Shown here: piece by piece, positions 1-10,513 of the stretch
How positions within the stretch are numbered: the stretch's first letter is position 1
How the letters are laid out: every line of letters begins with the position of its first letter
Source of the DNA: Promethearchaeota archaeon
GTDB taxonomy: Archaea > Asgardarchaeota > Thorarchaeia > Thorarchaeales > Thorarchaeaceae
Direction: 5' to 3'
NCBI GenBank assembly: GCA_014728035.1
Contig: WJMJ01000059.1
Coordinates: 224,001-288,000 of the forward strand
DNA: 64,000 bases
Translations under genes and position numbers: made by a program
Notes under the pieces: generated by a model
Told to the model about the DNA's origin: nothing
The model's input: the letters and a program-made list of their open reading frames with translations, nothing else
The model's database searches: none

Positions 1-147
1 GATAAATACTGAAATCCAAATTGAGAGTAATGACTAGTTTTTTCTTGAATTTTAAGGAAAAGTAGCTAGAATTTTCGCTGTATTTTGTTCGCTCTCCATG
101 GATATTACTACTTAGAATAAAGACAATTCAAAGGAGACAAACAAAAG

Positions 148-186
148 ATGAACTTTCCAGAGCCACATCCCGACGGACCTTGGTAA
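148..186 (+). CDS. Possible 12-aa Pro-rich micro-ORF (MNFPEPHPDGPW)
   Basis: AAGGAG at 131-136, ATG at 148, TAA at 184-186, followed by a palindrome and T-tract; very short and may be chance. Confidence 0.2.
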   Translation: MNFPEPHPDGPW

Positions 187-201
187 CCAACTATTTCAAT
201 G

Positions 202-233
202 GATGTCTTGATATCAAGACATCTCTATTTTTT
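202..233. terminator. Perfect 22-bp palindrome plus T-tract (terminator-like hairpin or binding site)
   Basis: GATGTCTTGATATCAAGACATC (202-223) is self-complementary; T6 at 228-233; lies just downstream of the convergent peptidase stop. Confidence 0.55.
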
Positions 234-260
234 CTTGAATCTAAACGTAGATGGATTTAA

Positions 261-2318
261 CTATATTTCAAGGTTAATCCTGTGCCAATATAATTCCACT
301 AACCAGAAATCAATCCATTCGTTCATTGTCATTCCTCCTACATGACCCGTTTGTTTCCGAACCCATAAAATAATTGGAGAATCTGAAGATAGTCTACTTG
401 CTTTCTCTTGAAGATGTGCCAATAATTTTGTTGTGTGCATCAAGTTTGCTCTTGCATCATTCTCTGCTACATAGAAGAGTGTTGGAGGATATTCTACAGA
501 TTCTGATACGTTATGATATGGTGAATATGAATGGAGGTAATGAAACTCTTCAGCTTTCGATGGGTCTCCGTACTCATTAATCCAATATGAAGCGATTGGA
601 TCTCTGGTGTATCTTATCATGTCTGCAAGTGGGGCTGAGGCATATACTGAACCAAAACACTGTGGTTCTTTCATCATTGCTGATAAGACCATCAGTCCAC
701 CATTGCTTGACCCACGAATTCCAATCATCTCATGTGTCGAATATCCCTCATCTACAAACCATTTCGCTGCATGAATCACATCTTCTATGACATTCATTTT
801 GTTCTCGAGCTTTCCATCTCTGTGCCATTTTTCGCCGAATTCACCTCCACCTCTAATATTAGCGATTGCATAGTAACCTCCTAATTCATTCCATAGCACA
901 TGAAACGGTGAATAAGTTGGATGCTGTGAAATGCCGAAGCCTCCATAGACATGTATGATAGTAGGATGTGGGACACTGGTATCTAGGTCTCGGCGATACA
1001 TCAGAAACATCGGGATTTCTGTTCCGTCAAAGGATTGGAACCAGACCTGTTTGCACACATATTCTGTTTCAATCAAGCTTATTTTTGGCTTGAAGAATGA
1101 GCTTACTTTAGTTAAAGGCGAGTAAGCTTTGTATTGAATTGGTGAATAGAATGAATTCACCCCGAACATGATAATCTCTTCACCATCAGTGGAAAGATTG
1201 ACAATTTGTGTGATTTCTTCGTTACCAAATATAATCTCAGATTGATGTGTATTCAGGTCGAACTTTGTAAGGAGCGAGTGCACATTTTCTGTTTCAGCTA
1301 TAATCAGTGATTCGTTAAATGGAATAAGCAAATCAATTGGGTTCTTTGTTTTGTATGGTATTGTCTGCCGTTGTATTACGATATCTTCTGAAGGAGAAGG
1401 TAATGCATAATGACTGATTTGTTGTCCCGATTCTGGGGATTCATGGGCGATGTAGAGTGAATTTTGATACATATATGGGATAATTTTCGATTGATTCTCT
1501 AATAGTACAATTATTTCAGAGGCGCATTCAGGATGAAAGACAACCAGATCAATAGATACTCCTTGGTTTCTTGTGTATACCAGCCAGCTAGAATTTTCGC
1601 ATCCATATAATTCAACACGTTCGGGTTTTCTTCCCTCTCCTGATATCATACAGATATCGTCCTCATAATTCGTACCAATTCTATGGTAAAAGATACTGCC
1701 AGCAAAACGGCCATTTTCTTCAGGAGTGAATGAAGTGAAGGGATAGTAAAATCCAGAGTTGTCTTTATTCCAAATAATCGTTGCATATAGAAGATTCGGG
1801 ATGATGTCATCCAGATGTTCGGAATTGGCAACCTTGACTATACGAAGTGTCGATTTTTCACGTCCGCCTTTCGAGTAACCATAAGCGACATATGATCCAT
1901 CCCATGATGGAGAAAACCATTCTATCTTTATTGTTCCATCTGCAGCAATGCTAACTGGATTAACCAAAGTAATTCTATCTCCAGTAATTCCATCTTGATA
2001 ACAAAGACGCATCTGTGGATCATTCTGATATCTGAATAAATAGAAGAAACGATGGTCTTTTCTTCTTTTCCTAATAACAATCCCTTGTGTTGACATCGAG
2101 TTAAATAGCGATAATTCACTCAGTCGTTTTTGGATATCTTTTTGTTGTGAATACCCAGAGAGAACACGTTTGCCTAATTCATCCTGTTCTTCTAACCATT
2201 TTTGCACCTCTGGATCCTCATTGTTCTCTAACCACCTATAGGGGTCTCGAACCTTGACTCCATGAATTGTTTCGACTATATTATCACGACGCGTGCTCGG
2301 ATATCTTATCTTGCCCAT
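261..2318 (-). CDS. Prolyl oligopeptidase (S9A family)
   Basis: N-terminal HGVKVRDPYRWLE, YGGFG, ANIRGGGEFGEKWH, nucleophile GSSNGG, Asp in ENDAR, His in TGHVGG. Confidence 0.93.
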   Translation of the reverse strand: MGKIRYPSTRRDNIVETIHGVKVRDPYRWLENNEDPEVQKWLEEQDELGKRVLSGYSQQKDIQKRLSELSLFNSMSTQGIVIRKRRKDHRFFYLFRYQNDPQMRLCYQDGITGDRITLVNPVSIAADGTIKIEWFSPSWDGSYVAYGYSKGGREKSTLRIVKVANSEHLDDIIPNLLYATIIWNKDNSGFYYPFTSFTPEENGRFAGSIFYHRIGTNYEDDICMISGEGRKPERVELYGCENSSWLVYTRNQGVSIDLVVFHPECASEIIVLLENQSKIIPYMYQNSLYIAHESPESGQQISHYALPSPSEDIVIQRQTIPYKTKNPIDLLIPFNESLIIAETENVHSLLTKFDLNTHQSEIIFGNEEITQIVNLSTDGEEIIMFGVNSFYSPIQYKAYSPLTKVSSFFKPKISLIETEYVCKQVWFQSFDGTEIPMFLMYRRDLDTSVPHPTIIHVYGGFGISQHPTYSPFHVLWNELGGYYAIANIRGGGEFGEKWHRDGKLENKMNVIEDVIHAAKWFVDEGYSTHEMIGIRGSSNGGLMVLSAMMKEPQCFGSVYASAPLADMIRYTRDPIASYWINEYGDPSKAEEFHYLHSYSPYHNVSESVEYPPTLFYVAENDARANLMHTTKLLAHLQEKASRLSSDSPIILWVRKQTGHVGGMTMNEWIDFWLVELYWHRINLEI

Positions 2319-2482
2319 TGCAAAATTCCTACCATGATTTTGAATATGACTTATAGAAACTCTATCTTAATAGTGATTTTGGTGCTAGAAATAATTTGAT
2401 ATTCTGAACACGAAATATTCTGAATCTTGTTGGATATACCATAAAAGAAGAATTAGAGAGGCTGCCTATGCAGCCTATTAGT

Positions 2483-2671
2483 TTAACCACGTACACGAGT
2501 GCCGTGTACTTTCTTGTGCGCCCAGCTGTACTTACGCATTCTCTTGGATGCTCCATAGCCACATGCGGCGCATCGCTTTTTCCGTACATGGTATGATCTT
2601 CTTCCGCATCTTCGGCATCTGATATGATGAGGGTTATTCTTCTTACCCTTTGCTGGGGTTCCCTTTCCCAT
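2483..2671 (-). CDS. rpl37e: 50S ribosomal protein L37e
   Basis: MGKGTP...[25 protein letters not shown] zinc-finger signature; follows Sm gene as is usual in archaea. Confidence 0.97.
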   Translation of the reverse strand: MGKGTPAKGKKNNPHHIRCRRCGRRSYHVRKKRCAACGYGASKRMRKYSWAHKKVHGTRVRG

Positions 2672-2685
2672 TGATTATCTACTCC

Positions 2686-2946
2686 TTATTTTGGGGGTTT
2701 TGGTGGTGGTGATACTAATACCACATTGTCGCCTCGGACAATCACAGTCTGTATTTGTTCAACGACCTCTTCTTCACTTTCTAAATCGAATGTGAACTCA
2801 TCAGCGTTCTCTAGGATTAAATTCAGGTGTTGGTCGTAACCACGGAGTTTGCCTTTGATTTTTCTGCGTCCTTTTAGTTCAACAAGAACCTGTTGACCAA
2901 TCGCTTTTGATAAGAGTTCCATGGGTTTACCTGCGTTCAATGACAT
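2686..2946 (-). CDS. Sm/Lsm archaeal protein (SmAP)
   Basis: Sm1 motif VLVELKG...GKLRGYDQHLNLILENA and Sm2 motif VIVRGDNVVLVSP. Confidence 0.96.
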   Translation of the reverse strand: MSLNAGKPMELLSKAIGQQVLVELKGRRKIKGKLRGYDQHLNLILENADEFTFDLESEEEVVEQIQTVIVRGDNVVLVSPPPKPPK

Positions 2947-3103
2947 TCACCATCAGAAGAGGCGTCGAGCATGATGTGCCCGTACCGCTCGGCCTAGTCT
3001 TTTTACTGGACTTTTAAAGCTGACGATGGTACTATTGCATTTTATTCATCAGGTACATGTGATTTCGTAGCTTTCAAAAGGGAGTCGTCTTTCTGTTAGC
3101 AAA

Positions 3104-3607
3104 ATGCCAAAGATTGAACGAATTAAAAAACGGCACTTTCTGAAAAAAGGAGATCAACGTGACCTCTTGGATTATATTGAGAACACTCTTGCTACAGAGG
3201 TAAATCTTGACTCCAAAGCTAGATTTGAAGAGGGAATACTTGATGATGGGTCAAAAGTTATTCTTCTTGATGATGAGATAGTATTCATCGAGATGGAGGG
3301 AAGAATCTTTCCCACCCTTAAAGCACTTCTTCAAAAAATCATCTCTATCCCCTGCATCACGGTAGATATGGGGGCTGTTCGATTTGTTGCCAACGGTGCA
3401 GATATTATGCGTCCTGGGATAACTAAAATTGATGAGGGTATTGAGAAAGATACCATTGTTGCAGTAGTTGACGAACGCCATGGGAAACCTCTTGCAATAG
3501 GAATATCTACAATGGATACAGAAGCACTTCGTGCTGCTGATTCGGGTAAGGTCATCCTATCAAAACATTACGTTGGGGACGACCTTTGGGAATATGGAAA
3601 GGTCTAA
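3104..3607 (+). CDS. PUA-domain RNA-binding protein (DUF1947/PUA, MCT-1/Tma20-like)
   Basis: FPTL, VDMGAVRFVANGADIMRPGI, GKV...HYVGDDLW. Confidence 0.92.
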   Translation: MPKIERIKKRHFLKKGDQRDLLDYIENTLATEVNLDSKARFEEGILDDGSKVILLDDEIVFIEMEGRIFPTLKALLQKIISIPCITVDMGAVRFVANGADIMRPGITKIDEGIEKDTIVAVVDERHGKPLAIGISTMDTEALRAADSGKVILSKHYVGDDLWEYGKV

Positions 3608-6282
3608 TCATCTCTGTCCATTTGTGCTCTTACATGTGACAGAGCTGCCTTGTATATCTCCTTGGCGAAATCTGTTTCAAAACCAGAATTCTTTGCGAAT
3701 CGATCTCTAGCGAGACCACGTTTTGAAGGGTCGATATCCTTCCTGACAATTTCAGAAATAGAATGATATCCGTTTTCATAGAGAGTTCTTACTTCTTCAC
3801 GACTGAGTCGTCGTGAAATAGAGGTCTCATTTTCTGGAATTATAAGTTCCAGCATATCGGTACGTGCGATATCCTCTTTTACTCCAAAACGAAACTGTCT
3901 GCTCAATATGTGTAATCTCTCAGCTAGATTGTCTTTACCCATTTCTTTGAAGAAAGATGAGAGGTCATTAGCTGTTTCGCTGCAAAATGCCACCAAGGTT
4001 CCAAGGTCACCATCATCAATATTCATCCCTCTAACTTGGAGATTCTTTGCCGTATCTTTTGCGAGTGTTAGCACGTCAGCTACTGGATTCTCACGAATCC
4101 AATGTTCAAGCACCTTCTGCTTAACAATAGCTCTTCCCTTTGCTAGATTGATATACCATTCTTCGGGGGGATCCAAATCCATTGCTTCTAATTCTATATC
4201 TGTTGGTATCAATGATCGGGGTCTCATTGCTTGAGGTAATCTAAATCTCAGAATAAGCTGCACCAATTCGTCTTCTTTGGGGTTGTCCATTGCTTGGAGC
4301 ACATCCCGAATCTTCACGTACTGAATAAGGTCGAATCCCGATTGTACCGCGTGTTTGGCACTTTCCGAAATCTTGTATCCCTCCGTTATTTCAACAAAGG
4401 CTCCGTTTTTCACGAACCAATCAAACAGAATTGAAAACATCCTTTTAATTCTATCAACACATCCTTCTACAGTCTTACAACGTAGAGTTCGAGATGCGAT
4501 TTCAACTAATTCTTCTTCTAATTTTCTTTTTTGAAACTCTGTCTTATTGATTGGTGATCTGGTCATGAGATTAGCCATAAGTGACGGATAGAGTTCTCCT
4601 GGTCTTAGTGGTTCTAGTGGCCGATGAAGTAGCTGTTCTTCCATCTGTTCTGCATTTTCAAAACTTCTTGTGGGTGATTCGAATATTATGTATACTCTCC
4701 CTCCATGTTCTGCAAGATGATATTCTCCAATCCTACCAGCTACTTGCATATATCGAGACCTTGCTTCTAAATAGTACATGCTTGAGCCAAACAAAATAAT
4801 CACACAATCAAAGGGAAAACTCATACCAGATGTAATTCCCGTGGTTGAAACAACCGTTCTCACTGTCTTTTTCTTGATATTTTCTTCAAGCTTGTCTCTT
4901 ATTGATTCATGCAAGCCCGAATGATGAAATGCAATGCCTTTTTCTAAGACTTTCTTAAGTCTCTGTGCGACTGGCATATCTGCAACTTCTCCAATGATTT
5001 GAGAAACTAATTTTTCCGAAATTTCCCGTGGATGGCTCTCCGCAAGCCTTCTTGTGTAGTATTCTGCATCATTTCGCGAACCAGCAACTATCAAAACAGA
5101 CTTTTTATCGTAGTCGCCTAAATGGTCTATAACAGCTCTAAGCATATTATCAGATTCAAGTGTGGAACTTTGAGTTCCATCACTGCTGTGAATATACACC
5201 ACATCATCATCATGAGTGACAATGAACTCATCTGGGCGCAATCGCACACTCGGCCTAAAAACGTCTGCGTCAAGCCATTCAGCAATCTCATCTGTTTCTC
5301 CGAATCTTGATGAAAGAGTTATAATCTGTGCAGTTGGCTTCAGTAATGCTATGAGGTAATCCAGATTAACACTTCTGTCTGTACCCAGAAATGCTGCTTG
5401 GGCATGCTCTCTTGGAGAATCCAGTTCTGTAAGCTCATCAATTACAAGAAGGCCTATTTCATTTGTCCATGACTTTCTCTCATGAAATGCGGATGCGAAT
5501 GACTCGTAAGTAGCTACTATGATGTCAGCTGAATCAAGCTGTTCCTCTGTAGCTCGACTCTGTCCATCCTGTCTTACCATTGAAAATTCCAGATCCTCAA
5601 AAATGTCTTTGTATTCATCGATTACCTGCCCATTAAGTGATGTATATGGACTTAGATAGAAGCTCCTCTTCCCCTTCTGTAATGAAATTAGAATCAGAAT
5701 CATAGCTAGGAATGTCTTTCCTGATCCCGGAGGCATTTGAATGACAAGATTTCTGGAAAAGTCTTCAATCTCTCTCAGAAAGAGGTCTTGTGCTGGCAAT
5801 AATCTAATGAAATTTTTATGGCGAAGCAACAGTTTTGCAGTTTGTTGTATCTCAGTATCCTCTCTTGTTGGACCTATCATTCCAGTTAGAGCCGCTAATG
5901 CGAGTCTTCCATCATGTGTGATTACAAACTGCCGGTTCTTTTTTCCTCGTTTTCCAATTGCGGTGACAAATCCAGCTTTCACCATTTTAGTCATGGATTC
6001 ATATATGGTTCCACCTGAAACCAATGATTTGCGTTCCGATTCATACTTTACTTCTTTCTGAGTTTTTTCTTTGCTTCTTCTTTCGGGCGGCTTGTCAATA
6101 CCTTTCAGGTGGAGCATACCCTCTACTATTTCATCCCACCCCATACTCTGAATAACTTCACCTGCATCTGGATTAAGCACTTGTAATATTTCTACAGCAT
6201 ATCTGTTGCTTAGTGCTTTCAGTTGCTTTCGAATCAAGTCAAGTCTTGATTCGTCAAGGCCACCTTTTGTCATCGTACTCAC
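3604..6282 (-). CDS. Ski2/Hel308-like SF2 helicase with N-terminal winged HTH and atypical motifs
   Basis: Walker A MPPGSGKT, motif II IDELT, GIAFHHSGL, motif VI QVAGRIG; N-terminal ArsR-like wHTH (LKALSN...EILQVL...TIYESMTKMVKAGFV...ITHDGR). Confidence 0.8.
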   Translation of the reverse strand: MSTMTKGGLDESRLDLIRKQLKALSNRYAVEILQVLNPDAGEVIQSMGWDEIVEGMLHLKGIDKPPERRSKEKTQKEVKYESERKSLVSGGTIYESMTKMVKAGFVTAIGKRGKKNRQFVITHDGRLALAALTGMIGPTREDTEIQQTAKLLLRHKNFIRLLPAQDLFLREIEDFSRNLVIQMPPGSGKTFLAMILILISLQKGKRSFYLSPYTSLNGQVIDEYKDIFEDLEFSMVRQDGQSRATEEQLDSADIIVATYESFASAFHERKSWTNEIGLLVIDELTELDSPREHAQAAFLGTDRSVNLDYLIALLKPTAQIITLSSRFGETDEIAEWLDADVFRPSVRLRPDEFIVTHDDDVVYIHSSDGTQSSTLESDNMLRAVIDHLGDYDKKSVLIVAGSRNDAEYYTRRLAESHPREISEKLVSQIIGEVADMPVAQRLKKVLEKGIAFHHSGLHESIRDKLEENIKKKTVRTVVSTTGITSGMSFPFDCVIILFGSSMYYLEARSRYMQVAGRIGEYHLAEHGGRVYIIFESPTRSFENAEQMEEQLLHRPLEPLRPGELYPSLMANLMTRSPINKTEFQKRKLEEELVEIASRTLRCKTVEGCVDRIKRMFSILFDWFVKNGAFVEITEGYKISESAKHAVQSGFDLIQYVKIRDVLQAMDNPKEDELVQLILRFRLPQAMRPRSLIPTDIELEAMDLDPPEEWYINLAKGRAIVKQKVLEHWIRENPVADVLTLAKDTAKNLQVRGMNIDDGDLGTLVAFCSETANDLSSFFKEMGKDNLAERLHILSRQFRFGVKEDIARTDMLELIIPENETSISRRLSREEVRTLYENGYHSISEIVRKDIDPSKRGLARDRFAKNSGFETDFAKEIYKAALSHVRAQMDRDD

Positions 6283-6425
6283 TCACTATTTCCGAGCGTC
6301 TTTGATATACCTTTTTCCTTGTGCTTGATAATCAATCTCTTTGCGATAATGTGATTTACTAGATAATACTCGCCCTTTTCTTTAACGTTGACATCACAAT
6401 ACTTGAAAACAGAAGGTGTTTCCAA

Positions 6426-6824
6426 TTGCGATTCTTCTCACGGAAAAAAGAAACAGATGATGAAGACCATAGTGATGAGTCTAGTAGTTCTTTGACAAGT
6501 CTTGGGATATTTGCTCCTGGTATTGAGGTCACACAATCAGACCCTGTTAGAGAACATAGAAGAATGAGAGAACTAGATCAAATTTTCATTCGCTCGAAAA
6601 AACTCGAGTCTCTTGAAGATGTACCTTATGTTGTTAATCAAATATGCAATGGAAATATTGTGCTTCTTGATATCACTCGTTTGAATGATGGAAAAGAACA
6701 AAACCATCTTGCTCTCAAACGAATTATTGAACGTATTCGCGGAGAAACTCGTGGTTACAATGCAGAGATTGCATTAGTCAATGATGGTTGTATGATCGTA
6801 ACACCAGATTTTGTCAAGTTCTAG
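6426..6824 (+). CDS. sepF: Cell division protein SepF
   Basis: N-terminal amphipathic MRFFSRKK; C-terminal SLEDV...GNIVLLDI...LKRIIERIRG...MIVTPDFVKF matches the archaeal SepF core. Confidence 0.85.
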   Translation: MRFFSRKKETDDEDHSDESSSSLTSLGIFAPGIEVTQSDPVREHRRMRELDQIFIRSKKLESLEDVPYVVNQICNGNIVLLDITRLNDGKEQNHLALKRIIERIRGETRGYNAEIALVNDGCMIVTPDFVKF

Positions 6825-6827
6825 TTT

Positions 6828-8741
6828 TTATCGGAGCTTCATACTCTCGGTAACCATTAGTGCTTTGGTTTCCACTTTTAGAACCTTATGGATTGTCGAT
6901 GCTAAGTTCAAGCATTTTGACGCCTCTCCATGGCATGTGAGAACGACTTCAGGTGTTGGATTTACTCTCTTGACAAAGTTAAGGATTTGTTTTCTATCGG
7001 AGTGGCCTGAAAATCCTTCTACTGTTGTCACATCAAAGTTCACAGGAACGACTGTTGTTTTTCCATCTCGAGTACGCATCTGGACTTCTTTCCATCCTTT
7101 CTGAACTCTTCTTCCCAAAGTACCTTCTCCTTGGTAGCTTACAAACATCAGCGTATTCTTTTCATCGGGGGCTAACATTCTGAAGTAATCTACACTCGGC
7201 CCTCCGGCTAGCATACCAGAAGTTGCCATGATTATACACGGCTCTCCTTCAACTATCTCTTGTCTTTGATCCGGATTATCAACTTGTACGAATATATCGC
7301 TGAGAAACGGATTCACTCCCTGGTGAAAAATCATTTCCCTGATTTTTTTACTCAAGGCTTCAGGATGTGTTGTGTGTATTGCTGTAGCTTGGGCAATCAT
7401 TCCTTCAATGTAGACTGGAACCTTTGGAATCCTCTTTTTACTTACCAAATCTTCCAACACAATCATCATCTCTTGTGCTCGTCCAACTGCTAATACTGGA
7501 ATGAGGACTTTGCCATCACGTTTTATCGTTCGCTTAATGATTGATGCAAACTTCTTTTCGACCTCTTGACGTGGTGGCATCTTATCATTTGGATGTCCGT
7601 ACGTGCTCTCTACCATTAGTGTTTCTAGCCGTGGGAACGTAAATGTCGCAGGTTCTAGTAATCTGGTTCTTCCAAATTTGAAATCTCCCGTATATGCTAG
7701 ATTGTAAAGTCCGTCTCCGATATGTAAATGAATTATTGCTGAGCCAAGAATATGCCCTGCATTATGTAATGTAAGACGAACATCTGGTGCGATATCTGTC
7801 ACTTCTCCGTAATTGAGGGTGATTGTGTGAAGGATTGCTTCTTTTACATCTCTATCTCTATATGGTCTGAGTTTTCCTTCCCGTTCTGCAACATCCAGAT
7901 AATCCAGCTGGAGCAATGTTGAAAGATTGAGTGTTGGTGCAGTCATGTAGACTGGACCTCGATATCCATATTTGAAAAGAAATGGGACCATTCCACAGTG
8001 ATCCAGATGTGCATGACTGATAATCACAGCATCAAGTTGATCAATTTTAAATTCAGGCATATCTAATCGTGGAAATGCTTTAGTTGGAGTTCCAACATTC
8101 ACTCCACAATCCAATAGAATATTACTTTCTGAGGTCTGGATGAATATACATTGTCTTCCTACCTCTCTAAATCCGCCAAGCGCAGTAATTCTAATCCATC
8201 CATTATCGATAAGGGGTGGTCTATGAATTCTTCTTCCAATTTCTCGGAAAACTTTGTTTCGGGTGGCTGCTTCTGATTGAATGATATATCTGATTTGCTT
8301 AATCAATTTACTTTCAATTGGCGGCGTACGAATAACATTAGGTCTCCAGAAGGTTTGACGGGTTATTTCGCGGAGCGTTGAACCACTTCTGCCTATCACT
8401 AGACCTGGTTTCTGTGCTTCGATAATGACTTCCCCTCTGGATTCATCAAAATCAATAGATGTGATTTCTGCATCTTCAGGCACAAGCTTGCGTACGGTCT
8501 GTTCAGCATCCTCATGAGAGAGCCTAACTTCAGGTGCTGACCGTACAACAATTCTCTTTCGCATTTTTCTGGCAAGCGCTTTAATTTTATCTCCGTCATC
8601 AAGCAGGATTTTGGGTGCTTTGGAATATATCGCTATTTCTGGGCCTTCGTATTCTACCGAGCTAATTGCAGCAGAACGTGGTAACGCTTTCATTACCATT
8701 TCGCGAGGGTCAGTCTCATCATTATTCAGTTTTTTACCCAT
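6828..8741 (-). CDS. fttA: Beta-CASP ribonuclease aCPSF1 (transcription termination factor FttA)
   Basis: Two N-terminal KH domains ([17 protein letters not shown]), SHAHLDH, AGHILG, FSGHSD; 637 aa; adjacent to psmB. Confidence 0.96.
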   Translation of the reverse strand: MGKKLNNDETDPREMVMKALPRSAAISSVEYEGPEIAIYSKAPKILLDDGDKIKALARKMRKRIVVRSAPEVRLSHEDAEQTVRKLVPEDAEITSIDFDESRGEVIIEAQKPGLVIGRSGSTLREITRQTFWRPNVIRTPPIESKLIKQIRYIIQSEAATRNKVFREIGRRIHRPPLIDNGWIRITALGGFREVGRQCIFIQTSESNILLDCGVNVGTPTKAFPRLDMPEFKIDQLDAVIISHAHLDHCGMVPFLFKYGYRGPVYMTAPTLNLSTLLQLDYLDVAEREGKLRPYRDRDVKEAILHTITLNYGEVTDIAPDVRLTLHNAGHILGSAIIHLHIGDGLYNLAYTGDFKFGRTRLLEPATFTFPRLETLMVESTYGHPNDKMPPRQEVEKKFASIIKRTIKRDGKVLIPVLAVGRAQEMMIVLEDLVSKKRIPKVPVYIEGMIAQATAIHTTHPEALSKKIREMIFHQGVNPFLSDIFVQVDNPDQRQEIVEGEPCIIMATSGMLAGGPSVDYFRMLAPDEKNTLMFVSYQGEGTLGRRVQKGWKEVQMRTRDGKTTVVPVNFDVTTVEGFSGHSDRKQILNFVKRVNPTPEVVLTCHGEASKCLNLASTIHKVLKVETKALMVTESMKLR

Positions 8742-8874
8742 CTAAAATCACATCACAATCCTACGATTACATGTTAACCTTCTAACTACTTAGATACAAC
8801 TTACCCAGAGGGTGTGAATCTATTGAGTCTAGAACTCGGTCAGGCTCTCTGACCATTACTTCGACAAGATTTGT

Positions 8875-9519
8875 CTATTGCTTCCAAATCTTCATGATAG
8901 TGTCTTTGTCGACTTCCTGATATCCGTCTTTGTCAATGACACTCACAAGAATTGAATTACCTGAACCAGCATCACGTTCAATTGCTGCTGCAACAGCTGA
9001 TATAGCAAGCTCAATGGCCTTCTTCTTGGTGAGTCCGTCTTTGTACCCAGCTTCAAGCACACCCAAAGCTACAGGAGATCCTGAGCCTGTTGCTGCATAT
9101 GTATCTGGTAAAACGGAACCAATATAGTCGCTATAGAAGACCTGTGGGCCTTTGTCATCAAATCCTCCAACAAGACATTGAAGTAGGTATCCACCTCTCG
9201 CTTGAAACATGATGTTACTGAGTTGAGTTGTTAGTGCCTTAACTCGTATTGGACGGCCCCTTTCAATCTCATACAGTTTAGCTATTACTTTCAGCCAATC
9301 CATAATTGCTTGGGCATCAGCAACAGACCCTGCAATGGTCGCACCAATTCTATCTGTAATCTTGAAGATTTTCTTGGCGCTTTTATTTGCAATCAAATAT
9401 CCCATTGTTGCGCGTTGGTCACTTGCTAAGACTACACAGTCTTTTGCAATCAAACCTACAGTCGTTGTTCCTGTCTTTAGTGCCTCTATGGGGGCTTTTT
9501 GTTCATGTTCCATAGCCAT
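8875..9519 (-). CDS. psmB: Proteasome beta subunit
   Basis: Propeptide ending KTG then TTTVGL, ASDQRAT, AGSVADAQ, ATGSGS, RDAGSG. Confidence 0.97.
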   Translation of the reverse strand: MAMEHEQKAPIEALKTGTTTVGLIAKDCVVLASDQRATMGYLIANKSAKKIFKITDRIGATIAGSVADAQAIMDWLKVIAKLYEIERGRPIRVKALTTQLSNIMFQARGGYLLQCLVGGFDDKGPQVFYSDYIGSVLPDTYAATGSGSPVALGVLEAGYKDGLTKKKAIELAISAVAAAIERDAGSGNSILVSVIDKDGYQEVDKDTIMKIWKQ

Positions 9520-9682
9520 TGTTGAATAACTCCATACGAATAAGAGTTGCCTTGGAGAACTAGTGACGAAATGAAATCATGAGTAATCTATTAAAAGGTT
9601 TTCTCAGTGACACTTTTCATCCGAAACTATATTCATTTTCCCGTGTTTTCTATTGATTATTAATTCTTTGAAATACGACATT

Positions 9683-10450
9683 TCAAGTCTGATTTTCTTC
9701 AGGTCTGTCAAAGACGGTGCAAATTTTCACTTTCTTTGCTTCTTCATACATTTTCAAAGCATCCGATGCAATTCCAACTTCTCCGAAAGCGATATTTTCA
9801 ATGTATCTAGTTTCTTTGGGAAGCTCTATGTTGATCACTTCACCATCGATAGTTACATTTACTCTTCCATCTTCAAGAACTGGAATCCTTCTTTTAACTA
9901 CAGCTTGCAGTCGTTCTAACGGGTCGACAATTATCTCTTTTACTTCCACATTGAAAATCAGGGTCTTTCCTGCCAATGGGCTATTGAAATCGACCCTTAC
10001 AGTCCTACCCATTACCGCCGTAATGACTCCACGCTCTCTTCCAAATGTGATTGATTCTCCTTTTATTGGACGGTCACCATGTTTTGCAAGCTTGGTCTTT
10101 GATATTGTCTTAATCTTTTTAGGGTCTGGAAATCCAGCTCCTTTCTCTGGAGGAATTTCTACTTTCTTTTCTTCGCCTAATTTCATTCCCACAATTTCTT
10201 CTTCAAGAGCCTCTAGAAGCCAATTCCATCCTAGAGCAACAAGCATTGGTTGATACCTTTCTTTCTCCTTGTATATTCCATGCTCTTTAGCTACCTCTTC
10301 CTGTGTTGTATCAAATACGGTGCTATCTTCTTTTGTCATTGCTGTGTAATCAATATAGATAACACTCTTTTCTTCAACAGTATCGGTTTTTTTGGACTTC
10401 TTTGCTGCTGACTTCTTCTTAGTCTTCTTGGCTGGCTCTTTGTCAGACAT
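9683..10450 (-). CDS. Long-type archaeal FKBP peptidyl-prolyl isomerase (SlyD-like)
   Basis: IDYT...VFDTT, LEEEIVGM, IPPEKG, VRVDFNSPLAGKTLIF. Confidence 0.9.
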   Translation of the reverse strand: MSDKEPAKKTKKKSAAKKSKKTDTVEEKSVIYIDYTAMTKEDSTVFDTTQEEVAKEHGIYKEKERYQPMLVALGWNWLLEALEEEIVGMKLGEEKKVEIPPEKGAGFPDPKKIKTISKTKLAKHGDRPIKGESITFGRERGVITAVMGRTVRVDFNSPLAGKTLIFNVEVKEIIVDPLERLQAVVKRRIPVLEDGRVNVTIDGEVINIELPKETRYIENIAFGEVGIASDALKMYEEAKKVKICTVFDRPEENQT

Positions 10451-10513
10451 AATACATCCCTTTTGGACTTTGACTCAGCGGCTCAGCCCTGCAGCTGCAT
10501 AAAATTATTTCCA

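Noticed and set aside
9717-10253. Long antisense ORFs (e.g. 9717-10253, 13541-13987, 25329-25808, 39001-39486, 41096-41680)
   Set aside because: Shadow frames opposite well-supported genes, with no recognisable motifs
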